A program made the position numbers and the translations under genes. A model generated the notes under the pieces. The model worked only from the letters and a program-made list of their open reading frames with translations. It searched no databases and was not told the DNA's origin. A DNA stretch of 63,539 bases, counting the filler, from Rhabdomonas costata (lineage: Eukaryota), in assembly GCA_019059605.1 (NCBI GenBank). It is 48 parts of 48 records of this genome, joined end to end, with 100 filler letters (N's around TTAATTAATTAA, not from the genome) between each part and the next. Parts side by side here need not be neighbours in the genome. Positions count along the whole stretch, not along the records: positions 10,612 to 11,838 come from JAHMHO010022848.1; positions 11,939 to 13,165 come from JAHMHO010022849.1; positions 13,266 to 14,492 come from JAHMHO010022850.1; positions 14,593 to 15,819 come from JAHMHO010022851.1; positions 15,920 to 17,146 come from JAHMHO010022852.1; positions 17,247 to 18,473 come from JAHMHO010022853.1; positions 18,574 to 19,800 come from JAHMHO010022854.1; positions 19,901 to 21,126 come from JAHMHO010022855.1; 40 more parts are not named here. One strand, given 5' to 3'. Below, one piece after another: positions 11,827-23,878 of this stretch (position 1 is its first letter; every line of letters starts with the position of its first letter).

Positions 11827-14309
11827 CCACCACACCCCNNNNNNNNNNNNNNNNNNNNNNNNNNNNNNNNNNNNNNNNNNNNTTAATTAATTAANNNNNN
11901 NNNNNNNNNNNNNNNNNNNNNNNNNNNNNNNNNNNNNNTGTGTTTGTGCATGAACAAGAATCCGGGCAAGTGAAAGCAGGATAGCTTCAGGCGATCCATG
12001 CCCTGTGGTTTCGACCCATGATGAAGCAAAAAGCGTCCGGTCGGTGCCCCAGAAAGCCTGTGCCAAGAGTCTCGGGCACTGCGGTGGGAGAGTGGGAAGA
12101 TGCGGGAGCGACAAGAGAAAAAGCTTGCAGGCAGAAGGCTTCCTCATCACTTGTCTTCCTAATACTTCAGTCTTCCATTTTTTTCACAGGTTAACGATCG
12201 GGTAGAATGCTACTGGACTGAAACCAAACTGGTGGCAGCAATACTGAGGCTGATGAAGCCAAAGTGCTTCTCCATTCCAGGGGAAGTTTGCGTGGGGTAC
12301 AAAACACTTCGCTCCAAGCCCACAGACACTTTTCCAAATGACACCCCCCCCCAAAAAAAAGAGATATAAATCGGCAACCTGCGGCGCGGGCCATCCACGT
12401 ACTTCTCCAGGTATTCTGCGTGGATCCGGCGAGCCTCCGCCACCGGGTCCTGCACCAAAGAAAGGAAAGCCCTGTCCGACTGTTGGTGAACGTCAGATCT
12501 CCACTCAGACCAGAAAGCGACCTCTGTATCAACATTATTGGAAAAAAAACATATGCAAAGCACCCACTAGCAAAACCTGCATGTCATTTAGTTGTTCTCC
12601 ATCCGCTTTGGTGGGCCGCTGTATTACCTGGACCATACCATCTCACCAAAGCTAGAAAGAAGGCCTTTTCGGGAGAGAGAAAAGGGACCCCATTACAGCT
12701 CAATTCGCTTGGTCTGTAAACTGGGACAACTAAGCACACGAAAATTTCTGCCATTATATATTTTATATTTTGCCTCAGAAAAACCCCAGCCAACACCAGT
12801 AAACTTCAGTAAACAGGCCAGGCACAACAGCCATCCTGTATCCCTAGCCCTAAGCTAAAAACCACTGACACTGAGATGGAGGAAAGAAAGAACAGAGTGA
12901 AAGAGAACGGTGTGACGCAGCCAGAAGCAGAAGGACAGCAAAGCGTCCAGAAAGCGCAAGAAAACCGCGACCAGGAACCTGAACATTCGTCTCCACCCCA
13001 GTGATGAGAAACATTGCTTTGCACAAGTAAATGAGCATGCCATCAATGATGAGGCGGACCTACGAGCAGAAAACGCAACTTTCACAGACACAGACAACTG
13101 TCCCTAAGTCAAAGAAGAAAACATTCCACGGGGAGAAGGGCAGTCCCGATCCTCCATTCCACCAANNNNNNNNNNNNNNNNNNNNNNNNNNNNNNNNNNN
13201 NNNNNNNNNTTAATTAATTAANNNNNNNNNNNNNNNNNNNNNNNNNNNNNNNNNNNNNNNNNNNNGGGTTGGTGGTGGGTTCCGGCGGGGCTCCGCCCCG
13301 CGCAGCGGGCAGCAGCCCGGCTCGCAGCGCACCTCCATCTCCAATTCCTCGACGGTGTCCCCGCGACTGGGGCTGCAAGGTGAGCGTGTGCATATCTGGG
13401 TGACCCCTGGGGACCACACCACCGCGGTGTTGTGGGAAGGGGATTCCAGGCCGAGAAGAAGATTGCAAGAGAGGCCAAAGGAAAATTGAAGAGCAAGTGA
13501 CAAGCAGAGGATCTGGAATTGGGTGTAAGGGCTCGAAGCCAGCGAGTCAAGGAGAAGTTCGAGGAGCATGGGATTGAGGCTAGCCTTGCGTAGCAGCTCG
13601 AGCCCAAGAACCAGTGAAGCCCAAAGAGATCTGCGCAGACCGGAGAGAGAAAGCAGAAGCAGAAGCAGATCAGGATCACTTTCCCTCGCGAAGAGTGCCA
13701 GACACCGTCACAGTTAGGCTCTCTGTGGCACAACTGAAAAAGCCGAACTTAACTTTTTTCATGTTTGGAAAAAGTTGTAGACCTGTGGTGGTTGTGCAGT
13801 GGGTAGCTTTTGACCTTGTGGTGATTCATTCAGACTCCCCTGCATCCCGACAGGTTTTGTTTTCTTTGCCTGCCACTCGCTGGTCGCAGTGCAGGTTTCC
13901 GTAGCGGTGGGGTTGCGGTTTGCTTTGAAGAGCAGGTTCGCACGCCTCTACCTCCCGACCGCGCACCTCGTCTCAGGCGAAATCACTTTCTCCAGAAAAA
14001 GACGCCAACTAAGCAACGTCTGCTTGGGTCCTCGGATGGTCTGAAAGCAGATCGTTTCGACAACGATTCGCTATTGTTGATAAAAAATCGCCCACTTGGT
14101 GCTTGAGGACTTTTGATTGAAAATTGTTTCTCCACCTTCTTCTTGCTGCACCGTTTTTTGATCTGCTGCAGCATGCTCTCGTGCTCTCACTTGCTCGGGG
14201 AGACCATAGGTGCTTTATGTAAGAGGATACGACTGCCCGTCCCAACGTCTGCTGCATCCTCGTGCCAATTTATCTGGCTTTTTTGCGCGCCTTGTCTGTC
14301 TTTCTCAGC

Positions 14310-14492
14310 CACCACCAGCTTTCGGCCGGACCCGGCCTTGCTCGGACGGTGGCTGCAGCTGCGGCCGGTGACGGCGCTGGTGGGGGAGCTGGCAGGATTC
14401 GAGCGGTGGTGCGAGGGGTGCGAGCTGGGGCGGATCCAGGAGGTCCACGGCGAGTACATCGCCGCCGTCGAGGAGGCCGCCACCACCACCCC
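14310..14492 (+). CDS. Exon of an unknown protein (runs off the contig)
   Basis: Pyrimidine tract + AG followed by a GC-rich open frame TTSFRPDPALLGRWLQLRPVTALVGELAGFERWCEG. Confidence 0.45.
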
Positions 14493-15989
14493 NNNNNNNN
14501 NNNNNNNNNNNNNNNNNNNNNNNNNNNNNNNNNNNNTTAATTAATTAANNNNNNNNNNNNNNNNNNNNNNNNNNNNNNNNNNNNNNNNNNNNCCGCCTGA
14601 GCCCCCGTGCTCCACGGACCCGACCTACCTGCAGCACCTGGAGTACAAGATCACGGACACCCAATTCGTGGAGGCCTGGGTGGCCGTGGTGCGGGAGTCC
14701 TGGGGCGAGGAGTTCACCCTCTCTGCGGTGCCCTCGGAGCAGCCTGGTGTGCTTCTGGTTTCCCTTTCTCTTCCTCACTCACTCACGCACACCCACACTC
14801 GCTGTTTGGTCCTAGTCTTGGTTGTGTTGTGGGGGATTGGCTGCCCCCGGATTCATCGGACCAATTGCAATTACACCGTTTCGGCTTCAGTGTTGAGCGA
14901 CCACCAGAACCTATGCTTGCTGATGAGCGTCGTTGGTCGCAGCTCAGTTTGCCAGCATCTGTCACAGCTCTTTGAGGGCGCCGAGAAAAGGTCGCAAAGG
15001 TACAGCACATTCGCGCAGGAAAGCCTCGATGAACTGCTCTTGGTTGCGGATCGCCGGGATTGTTTTTTTGATCTGCGGGTCAACTGCATGTGTTTTATAC
15101 ACGCTGAAAACCTCTGTGTATACATTCCCTGGGAGCAGGTAGGGGGTGCGTTGTATCACCTCCGACCTCGTGCTCCATTGTTTGCATTAATATGAACATA
15201 CAACCTCCACAGGAGAAGCCGTGGTACATGGGCTACTTGATAGAACCCAGGATAAACGTTGAGCTCCTGTCCTGTCGCCACTGTATAATAGCTGTCCATG
15301 GCCATAGTGAATATGAATATGGACTTTGCTTTATTATAACACAGTGGTGCATTAAAACTATCAGTGGTCCCTGCTGGTGTGCCTAGATAAGAGTGAACGT
15401 TTGCATCCGGGGTTTTTGGCTGGTTGTTTGCAGGTGCGGCGATGCACCACTTGCTCGCCTTGGTGGAGCTCGCGGACGGCACCCGTTGCGCACACTCCCA
15501 GAGCCCCTCCCGCGCCCTGCTGCATACCCTTCTGGCCAACTTATGCAAGGTGCATTCAATACTGACTTGTTTTGCAGCAGGATCTGCTTGGTAATTTTTC
15601 GGACTCTGTCTGCATGCCTTATGTCTTTCAAATGCATCGCAATGCTGGCAAATAAAAATCGGCACCGTGGCATATACGGGAAAGATCAAAAGGCTTGAGG
15701 GTGCTTGTTGCAGCGAGAACCACCTCCGCTCCAACCTGGGCTGCGGCCTGAACGGCCTGCGGGTCCACTTGGTCAGCCGTGTCGTAGTCACTGGAGACAA
15801 AGCAGCATCACCACAACCCNNNNNNNNNNNNNNNNNNNNNNNNNNNNNNNNNNNNNNNNNNNNTTAATTAATTAANNNNNNNNNNNNNNNNNNNNNNNNN
15901 NNNNNNNNNNNNNNNNNNNGGGGTGTTGTAATAGAAGGGATGTTAGATGGGATGGGTGCTTGATGGGTTCTGTGGGCGCTGTGGGGCAG

Positions 15990-17146
15990 ACCGCTGCGGA
16001 GAAGTTCAAGGAGATTTCTACGGCGTTTGCCATTCTTTCTGACCCCAACAAGAGACACCGCTATGACCTCGGTGCTAATTTCTTCCCTTCTTCCTCTGTG
16101 TATTTGCTTGAACTCGCGCTCAGCTCTCAGAAGAGAGGTTTCCCTTTCCTCCGGGCTGAAGTATCTGTATGATTGTACTGTAAAATTTCCTCAGCGGCTG
16201 AGCAGTGGAATGTGTTGTCAAACGATGGAAGCTCGTTACCAGATGCTTTTCCTATGGCCTATCGTCTCTTCTGCGTCTTCTTGTTCTGAGACGTTGGAGA
16301 TGTGGTGTAGTTCTCAACTTTAGCTCTTCCCCCCCCCGAGGCCTTTTTGCATAATCGATTGTGTCACGAATTCGTGGTGATGGGGTCTGGTTAGGTCTTC
16401 CCCTTGTGACAGAGTGTTGTCTGGGTGGAGATTTGGAGATGTACACTGAGTTCTCCCTTTCGGAAGAACTTATTATGCCCAAGGCTGCTGGAAGCTCGTA
16501 CTGCCGCTAAGGAGGGACTGCATGTCCAGAGGCAGCCTCGATAGCCCTATTAACAGACAGCGTTATTTTGTGGATGCTGGAAGAGAGGAAGGGAGGGAGG
16601 GATGCACCTGCTGGCAATGTTCCATTCCTTTCTAATTGAGCTGCTGCAATGTTCCCGTTCCCAATTACCTATTCGGGAAAAGGTTTTGTGTCCGCACAGG
16701 CTTTCATCATACTCGCCTGGCGGTTTCTTTCTGTATCCCCCGCCAGCCAGAAACGGCTCTTTTTGAGTTCATGAAAGCCTTTTTGAGAGCTGTTAAGATC
16801 AGAAGGTTTGTGTGTTGGAGAAACTGTCTGGATTTTTTTCTGAGTGTGATAAACGCTTTGGTTTGAGAACAAGCCGATTGGGCATTCCGATATCCTCCCC
16901 CTCCCCTCTCCTCCGGTTTCCACTGTCTCTGCACGCTGCAGGGGAGGTGGACACGGCAGAGGTGGACAGCCTGGACCTGGAGTCCCTCGGGGTGAAGGCC
17001 AAGATGCTGCTGTCTGTGCTGTGCAAGCTGGGTGTGAACATGCCCACAGCGGTCACTCCGAAGGTCCTCGCGGAGGCCCAGGAGGCCACCGCCGCCGCCA
17101 CGGCCTCCGTAGCCACCTCTCGCCCCGCCAGGCTGCACCTCAACGC
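15990..17146 (+). CDS. ARG1/ARL-type DnaJ protein, exons 15990-16071 and 16942-contig end
   Basis: J-domain end AEKFKEISTAFAILSDPNKRHRYD spliced in phase to GEVDTAEVDSLDLESLG...LCKLGVNMPTAVTPKVLAEA, resembling ARG1 DLSNLG...FSKLGVPIKTTV. Confidence 0.8.
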
Positions 17147-17289
17147 NNNNNNNNNNNNNNNNNNNNNNNNNNNNNNNNNNNNNNNNNNNNTTAATTAATT
17201 AANNNNNNNNNNNNNNNNNNNNNNNNNNNNNNNNNNNNNNNNNNNNTGTTGGTCCTTGAAAGTTGATTGCGTTTTCCCCTGCGACACAG

Positions 17290-18473
17290 GAGGACGCTGT
17301 AGGCAACCTCCAGGATGTCACCAATAAGTTCAAGTTCGGGGTCAGCTGCGGAAGCATCCAGGCCGATCCCAGCGATGCCACAGCCGCGGAGCCCGAGCCC
17401 GAGCCTACAGAGGAGGAGCGCCAGGCCGAAGAGGAGGCTCACGCCCGCCTGACGGCTCTGGCCGGGCGGCGAAGGATCACCGTCAGTGCGGAGGTGTACG
17501 CGGCGGAGGCGGAGTCCGAGGTGTGGGTCCCCCCGAAGACCCCGAAGGGACGCGGGGAGGAGGTCTGGCTTGAGCAGCTGCTCTCGATGCACATGTTGTT
17601 CCGGCATCTGGACGACCGCGAGCTGCAGACCGTGGTGGGAGCTCTTGAGTCCGTCCACGTCGATCAGGGGACCACGCTGTGCTCTCAAGGTGAGCCCTCG
17701 TTTATGCTCGTGAGCCCTTTTTGTTCGCGATGTTGGGGACGTGGTTTTGACTCGGTGTTTACGTTCGCGAACTTTTCATACACTGCTCCAGCTCCGTCAG
17801 CGCATGGTGGGGATGGGGATGCCATAAACTGCTGTTCGTCGAGTGTTATAGTATTGAACTCCTCGCTGTCTGTCGTCTGTGCTTTGTTTGTACTGTCCTG
17901 CGAATTCTAACCGTAATTAATGGCCTGGCTGAGAGGTGTGTTCTTCTGCTGTGACAAATAATGTGGCTTCAGATTCGCGGGCTTCTGGATGGACGCACAG
18001 TTTTTGATTGACAGACTCTTTGGTTTAACTTTGCGGCAGCTGCGTCTGTTTGTTTGTGTGTATATTTTTTTGCGAGTGTATGAAGCGAAGATAAGCACAG
18101 AGCAGATGGCGAGTGGGTTGTTTGCGATATATGTCGAATCGAAAATCTGTGGTGAAGGCATTCCACCTCCCTCCGAACGACGTGCTGATCTCAATTCTTT
18201 CGGAAGACGTTGCAAAAGAACGAACCAGTAGCACAGGGAACACAACAATGTCATGCAATCTCTGCAAAATGTTTCAGGTGACGAGGCAACCGAGGACGAC
18301 AAGTTCTATGTCATCAGCAAGGGGACCTGTTCCGCCTTCAAGAAAGGAGAGAATCCAGTTATACTCCGCCGCGGAGATACCTATGGAGATGAGGAGCTTC
18401 TGTACTCCTTGCCGAGAAGGTCCACACTCCGAGCCCAGACCCCTGTGCTGGCGTGGACCCTGGACCCCAACAC
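17290..18473 (+). CDS. Protein kinase A regulatory subunit-like (exons 17290-17689, 18278-contig end)
   Basis: Inhibitor site RRRITVSAE, PPKTPK linker, LFRHLDDREL, in-phase splice CSQG|DE..DKFYVISKG, phosphate-binding cassette YGDEELLYSLPRRST. Confidence 0.9.
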
Positions 18474-19539
18474 NNNNNNNNNNNNNNNNNNNNNNNNNNN
18501 NNNNNNNNNNNNNNNNNTTAATTAATTAANNNNNNNNNNNNNNNNNNNNNNNNNNNNNNNNNNNNNNNNNNNNGGTGATGCACCCTACAGTGGGTATGAT
18601 CGCTCCGACCACTACCATTATCGCCATTACTACTGCACGTGGGTTCCTCAAGGTGAGTTGTACAGTATGCCCTTACGCATGGTTCTACTCCATCCATGAG
18701 TCCTGCACTCAGGTTCATGTGAGATGTTGGTAGGGCGCCAGACTCCCTGTGGCTCACAGGCATTGCCACTCATCATGGTTACACAGCAAGCTCACCCCAG
18801 GCACCAAGATCGGGTTCAACATCACGACTTGAGTGTACTTGGTAGCGATACACGTACAGATACGCATACCCTTATCCGTTCCACCGGATATCGTGCGCCT
18901 TATCTCATCAAGGGGCTGGTTTACGCCATAGCCTAGCATCCATCACTAGCGCTTTCGTCAGAGGGACCACCCTCTGGAACAGCGCTATGCTACTCAAGGT
19001 AACATGCACACGTATCTCCAGGCATACATGGTACCACCTCACCCATCAGTGCGGTCACCTCAACTTCGCATGCGGAACCTCTTCTGCGCATGGTACTGGG
19101 GCCTGGACTGTGCTTTGGTGTACTCGTGAAGTCGCGTAAAGTGAGAATAGGCGTCTTGTTATACTCTGTCCTCTCGCGGAGGTATCTGAGATGTAAAGAC
19201 ACGACGAAAGATAGAACCCCTGGATTCCAGGTAAGGCCACACAATGATAGAGACCGATGAGATAGGAAAGCACGACCGAGGCACAGAAACGGAGACGGAG
19301 ACAGAAACCGCTACGCCAACCAACCCGACACATCACCAACCACTTGACAATCACAGAGACCAACCATCAACAAAATCCAGCTACATGGGCAATTGCCTAC
19401 TAAATTCGTTCATCACTACGTCACTGGAATAGGCGTTCTACCCCCTAAACCACGGTGATACTTCCGGCTGTGTTTGTACGAATACGGGGGTTATGCCAGT
19501 GCCAACTGATCCTTCTAAATATGCGCAAAGAGTCTCCGA

Positions 19540-19735
19540 AGCGACCGAGAGAAACCGAAACCGAATACCGGATAGCCAATGCAAAGAGAGCCTGTGTTCC
19601 AACCGAAAGCGAATGCCAAACCCCGAACCACGACTCCGAATGCCGAACCCGAATACAGAACCCAACTACGAAGAGTGAAACCAAAGACTCAAAGACCAAA
19701 ACACAACCCTAAGACCAAAACACAAATACCCAAAC
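19540..19735. repeat. Degenerate CCGAAA/CCGAAT-type low-complexity repeat plus duplicated aagaccaaaacacaa
   Basis: Visible repeated units. Confidence 0.5.
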
Positions 19736-20540
19736 ACGCGAACCCGTGACACCCCCAACTCGCAGAAACTAAAGCAAAGGCAATAACAACTCAGAAGAAC
19801 NNNNNNNNNNNNNNNNNNNNNNNNNNNNNNNNNNNNNNNNNNNNTTAATTAATTAANNNNNNNNNNNNNNNNNNNNNNNNNNNNNNNNNNNNNNNNNNNN
19901 TGTGTGGGGGGGGGGGCAGGCGGGGCGGTGGTGCGGGTCACCCGTGCCCTGCTTGCCGCAGCCGCCCACGGGGAGCCTCCAGAGGAGGTACCCTCTTGGC
20001 ACGTTGATACTTCGCGCACTAATATGCCTCATCGTTGGACGTTTGCTCGGGGACATACCCTTCTTTGCAACGTAGTGCCTGCTGCCCCACACAAATACCT
20101 CTCTCTCATCTCTCTGCATAGCACACCTCATTCTTTCATTCTGTGTCATCAAAAAAAGAACTCCACACAAACTCCATATACACACAGAGAGAGACTTGAG
20201 AAGTTCACAGGGGCTTGCTGGTGACCCGGGGCAGCTGCGTGCAAACAGCAAACACTCTTCCTTTCACCCAGCTTTGCATCAAACACCGGGAGCACGAACC
20301 TCTGTGCCCCATCCAACAATTCAAGTAATGCACGTTCACCCTTTCATCTACTGCGTTTCTGTGTTCCTGCTCTCCTCTCCCACCCGTCTCGCACAGGTAC
20401 TGCAAGCCCCTTCGCAGTCATCGGGTCATTCCCGAGCGGTGGGTTCTCTTCCTTCACCGGCTTTGGGCACGGGGGCTCCTCCTCCTCCGGTCGCCAGCGC
20501 CTCGAGAAGGCCGCACCAGCACAGCACAACTCCCATCCCA

Positions 20541-21120
20541 TCAGACGGCACCTCTCGGGCGGCTCCCAGCAGCCGTTCTGTGGGGGTTCCGGACACCGAG
20601 AGTCGCAAAGGCCCAAACCTAGAGGAAAGCAAAGGGGAAGTGACCTTGCAGTGCACCGATAGGAGAGGAAAGAAAGGAAAAGATTAAGAGTCCCGGCTTG
20701 CATTTCCCAACAACGCGGCAATTGCATCAACATAACAAATACCGTGTTGGCAACTTCTTGGGGTTTCAGGGTGCTCAGCACCTCAGGATCAGAGGCTCGC
20801 TTTGCAACCACGCTGAGGATAATCTCTGAGTCAGTGGCCAGCTCAGGCTGCAGGCGGCCTATCTTCGCCATGGCCAAGCAGCAATTGCTGACCGCTTGTG
20901 CGTCAAAAGAGTCGATCATCTCAACGACACAGCGTAGAAGCTTCCGCAGAGCCTCTCCGCGCCGGGCATCCCCTCCTCGGGAACCTTCCGGAGTCCAAAA
21001 CTTGATCAAGCGATGAAGCGCTGTGGTGACATTAACCTCGTTGGCAAATTTTGGATCCATTCGATCCATAATTAAGTTCACCAGCTCTCCTTGTGTGGAG
21101 GCTCCGACAAGTGCCCACAC
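20541..21120 (-). CDS. Octotricopeptide/RAP-family helical-repeat RNA-binding protein fragment (exon ~21120-20743, intron 20742-20619, exon from 20618)
   Basis: Repeats FDAQAVSNCCLAMAK and LKPQEVANT|VWAFATLG restored by a 124-nt GT-AG intron; also VNVTTALHRL. Confidence 0.8.
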
Positions 21121-23878
21121 AAAACANNNNNNNNNNNNNNNNNNNNNNNNNNNNNNNNNNNNNNNNNNNNTTAATTAATTAANNNNNNNNNNNNNNNNNN
21201 NNNNNNNNNNNNNNNNNNNNNNNNNNGGTTGGTGGTGTGTCTCCTCGCACCAACCGCCGTCGACCACTTCGTCAGCATGGGTCGCAGTGGCCAACCGTCC
21301 GCTGACGCTGCTCTCTACAACGGGCTAGGGGCCACGGGCTGCGCAACTCTTCCTCTCCACCTTTGGATCTCTTTCTGCCTCCCCTTGGATCCCCCTCTTC
21401 TCCCTCGTCACTCTCCCGCAGTGCTTTGGTCTCTTAAGGTCATGCCACCAAGCATCCCAGTGGACTTCGCTGGTCCATTTGTGCCTGGACTTCTTCTGAT
21501 CATTTCCTGGAGCTCACTAGATCTTCCATAGCTGGGGGGGGGGAGTGGCGCCCATTCCCGAATTCTCGGATTGGGAAATACGACGGAAAAAAGCACGACC
21601 TGAGTGCTCTTGGGCCGCTGGGAGAAGGAAGTGGGTCATCAGACAATAAATATTGTAAGTAAGAAATCCCGGAAAATACGGAGGTCTTTCGCACAAAACC
21701 CGATGGACTTGAACGTCTGTTTTGTTCGAGTGGTTCCGGCATAGCTCATGAAACTCGAAAAAAGAACAGGGGGTGGAAAGGAGATGATGGTCGGGCATTG
21801 TGGGCCACGATTTCGAGGGAGTTGGTGTGGTTGTGCAATGGCGGTACCCTTGTCTAGGTCGGTTTCCGAACTTCGGAATTGACCTCTCTGTTGCCGTGGT
21901 CTTGGGATTTGGCATCCCAGATTCCTTCGAATTTTTGCCGTCCAGGTGTTACACACGCCTTGACATTCCCGGTTAGTGGCCTTACGGATTTTAGAGGCAG
22001 GACACGGGGAGTGGTGCGTCGGCTTTTTCGCACACAACAGGACAGAAGTCACCAGAAAACTCGTCAACAGACCTTGGTGGCCTTCGTCGTTTCGGCTCAC
22101 TACTTCGGCTTCCGACTTGTCCTTCGTCATCACGTTCCTCTTTACTTCTGCCGATTTCTCGATTTAGTGATATATGACCAGGGGCGGTGGTTCCAACCTC
22201 CTATCGGAAGCCATAGACATGCGTCCTCGACTTCTCGACTTGGGCTCGGAGTCCTGTTCAGCATCCTAATGGGTCGGGACTTTTACATGGAATAATCTGA
22301 CAGGTCCAATAGATAGAGAGGCACAACTATACAAGGTTGGAAGCTCTCGGTGTTCTCCTCCGTGGAGCCTAGATTGGCATCGGAGGTGTGGTCTAGTGCA
22401 TCCAAGGTTTACTACGACCTCAGCCTCTTTCCTACCAGATCCCCCCCCACAANNNNNNNNNNNNNNNNNNNNNNNNNNNNNNNNNNNNNNNNNNNNTTAA
22501 TTAATTAANNNNNNNNNNNNNNNNNNNNNNNNNNNNNNNNNNNNNNNNNNNNAGCGGGAACGTGACGAAGTACCTGGGGGCTTTTTGTGACGAAGTACTC
22601 TTCGATACATACAATTGTTACCACCAGCAACGGCTACCAGTGATAACCGTTACCCCCCCCCCCAACGTCAAGCGCACCGAAATTAGAGTGACATTTTTCT
22701 CACCTCTTCCCCTTCAAGTTTGTAATGGCAATCTTTGTATCTCCGTCACAGAACACATACTTGCTCCGAGTCCGAGGGAAAAAACTTAGTCGAAAAGGTC
22801 CGTGTTAGCACTTCAGGAGTCGAACACTCAAACACCAAAAAGCTCAAACCCTATGAGGGAGTTCGACGGCGGGCCGGGAATCGTGGGCCGCCGAAGAGGC
22901 GGTGCACCAGGAGTGGCTCCAAACAGGGGTGCCTCCGCAACGTCAGGAGGTGCACGCACCGAAGCACGCGCAGCCACAGGGGCAGCGGCAGGGGCAGCCC
23001 GGGGCGGCTGTGGTGGGAAGGGCGCATGAATGAGACACAAAAGCGGGTAACAAAAGCAACAGGTCTTCCACTGGGAATACCAGTCAGGCACCGAGCACGT
23101 ACATCCATCCATCCAAACCCAGGCGGAATGAAATGGAATGAAAGGCTCGTGGGAAAAACAAAGTGCGGGAGAGGCTAGAAATAAAAACAAGATGAACTCT
23201 CGAGCAATAATTTGAGAAAGCCGGTAACTTTGGGCTGACTTGTGCCGAACCTGCCTTCGGACGACTGACCCAAGACGACATGTTGGTTCGTGTCAAACTC
23301 TCATTTTTAGTTCCACTTCTCGAACGTGGGGAAGTTCCACCTGAACTGTTTGCACAGACGCACAGTCACTTTCCCACCTACATGCCGCCTCGCCTTCCGA
23401 AGCGAGCTGGCTTCGGTGCACCTCCTTCCCAACCATTCCCCTGCTGCACCCGTCCTTCCCGGTTTCGTGCTCGACCCAGCAAGTCGCAGAAGCAGAAGCA
23501 TTGATACCTCCATATCTCATTCGGAAATCCCAAAAGAGGGCTCACTGTGTCGTCCCACGCTTATGCATAGTGTTCGGGACCGCTGCTTGTCTGCTGTGCT
23601 CCTTGTGTACCCATTTTGCACCTGAGCTGGAAATAAGATCTTGGAGCCGTATTCCGTAGTTGCCTTGCCTTTAGTCAAATTCATCCTGCGGTCCGTTTGT
23701 CATAAGACCACTTGTGAGAAGCTGCGGGTGGTTGACACCCTGTGGAAGGGGAATTGATTGCATCGGAGCGGAACCACNNNNNNNNNNNNNNNNNNNNNNN
23801 NNNNNNNNNNNNNNNNNNNNNTTAATTAATTAANNNNNNNNNNNNNNNNNNNNNNNNNNNNNNNNNNNNNNNNNNNNG

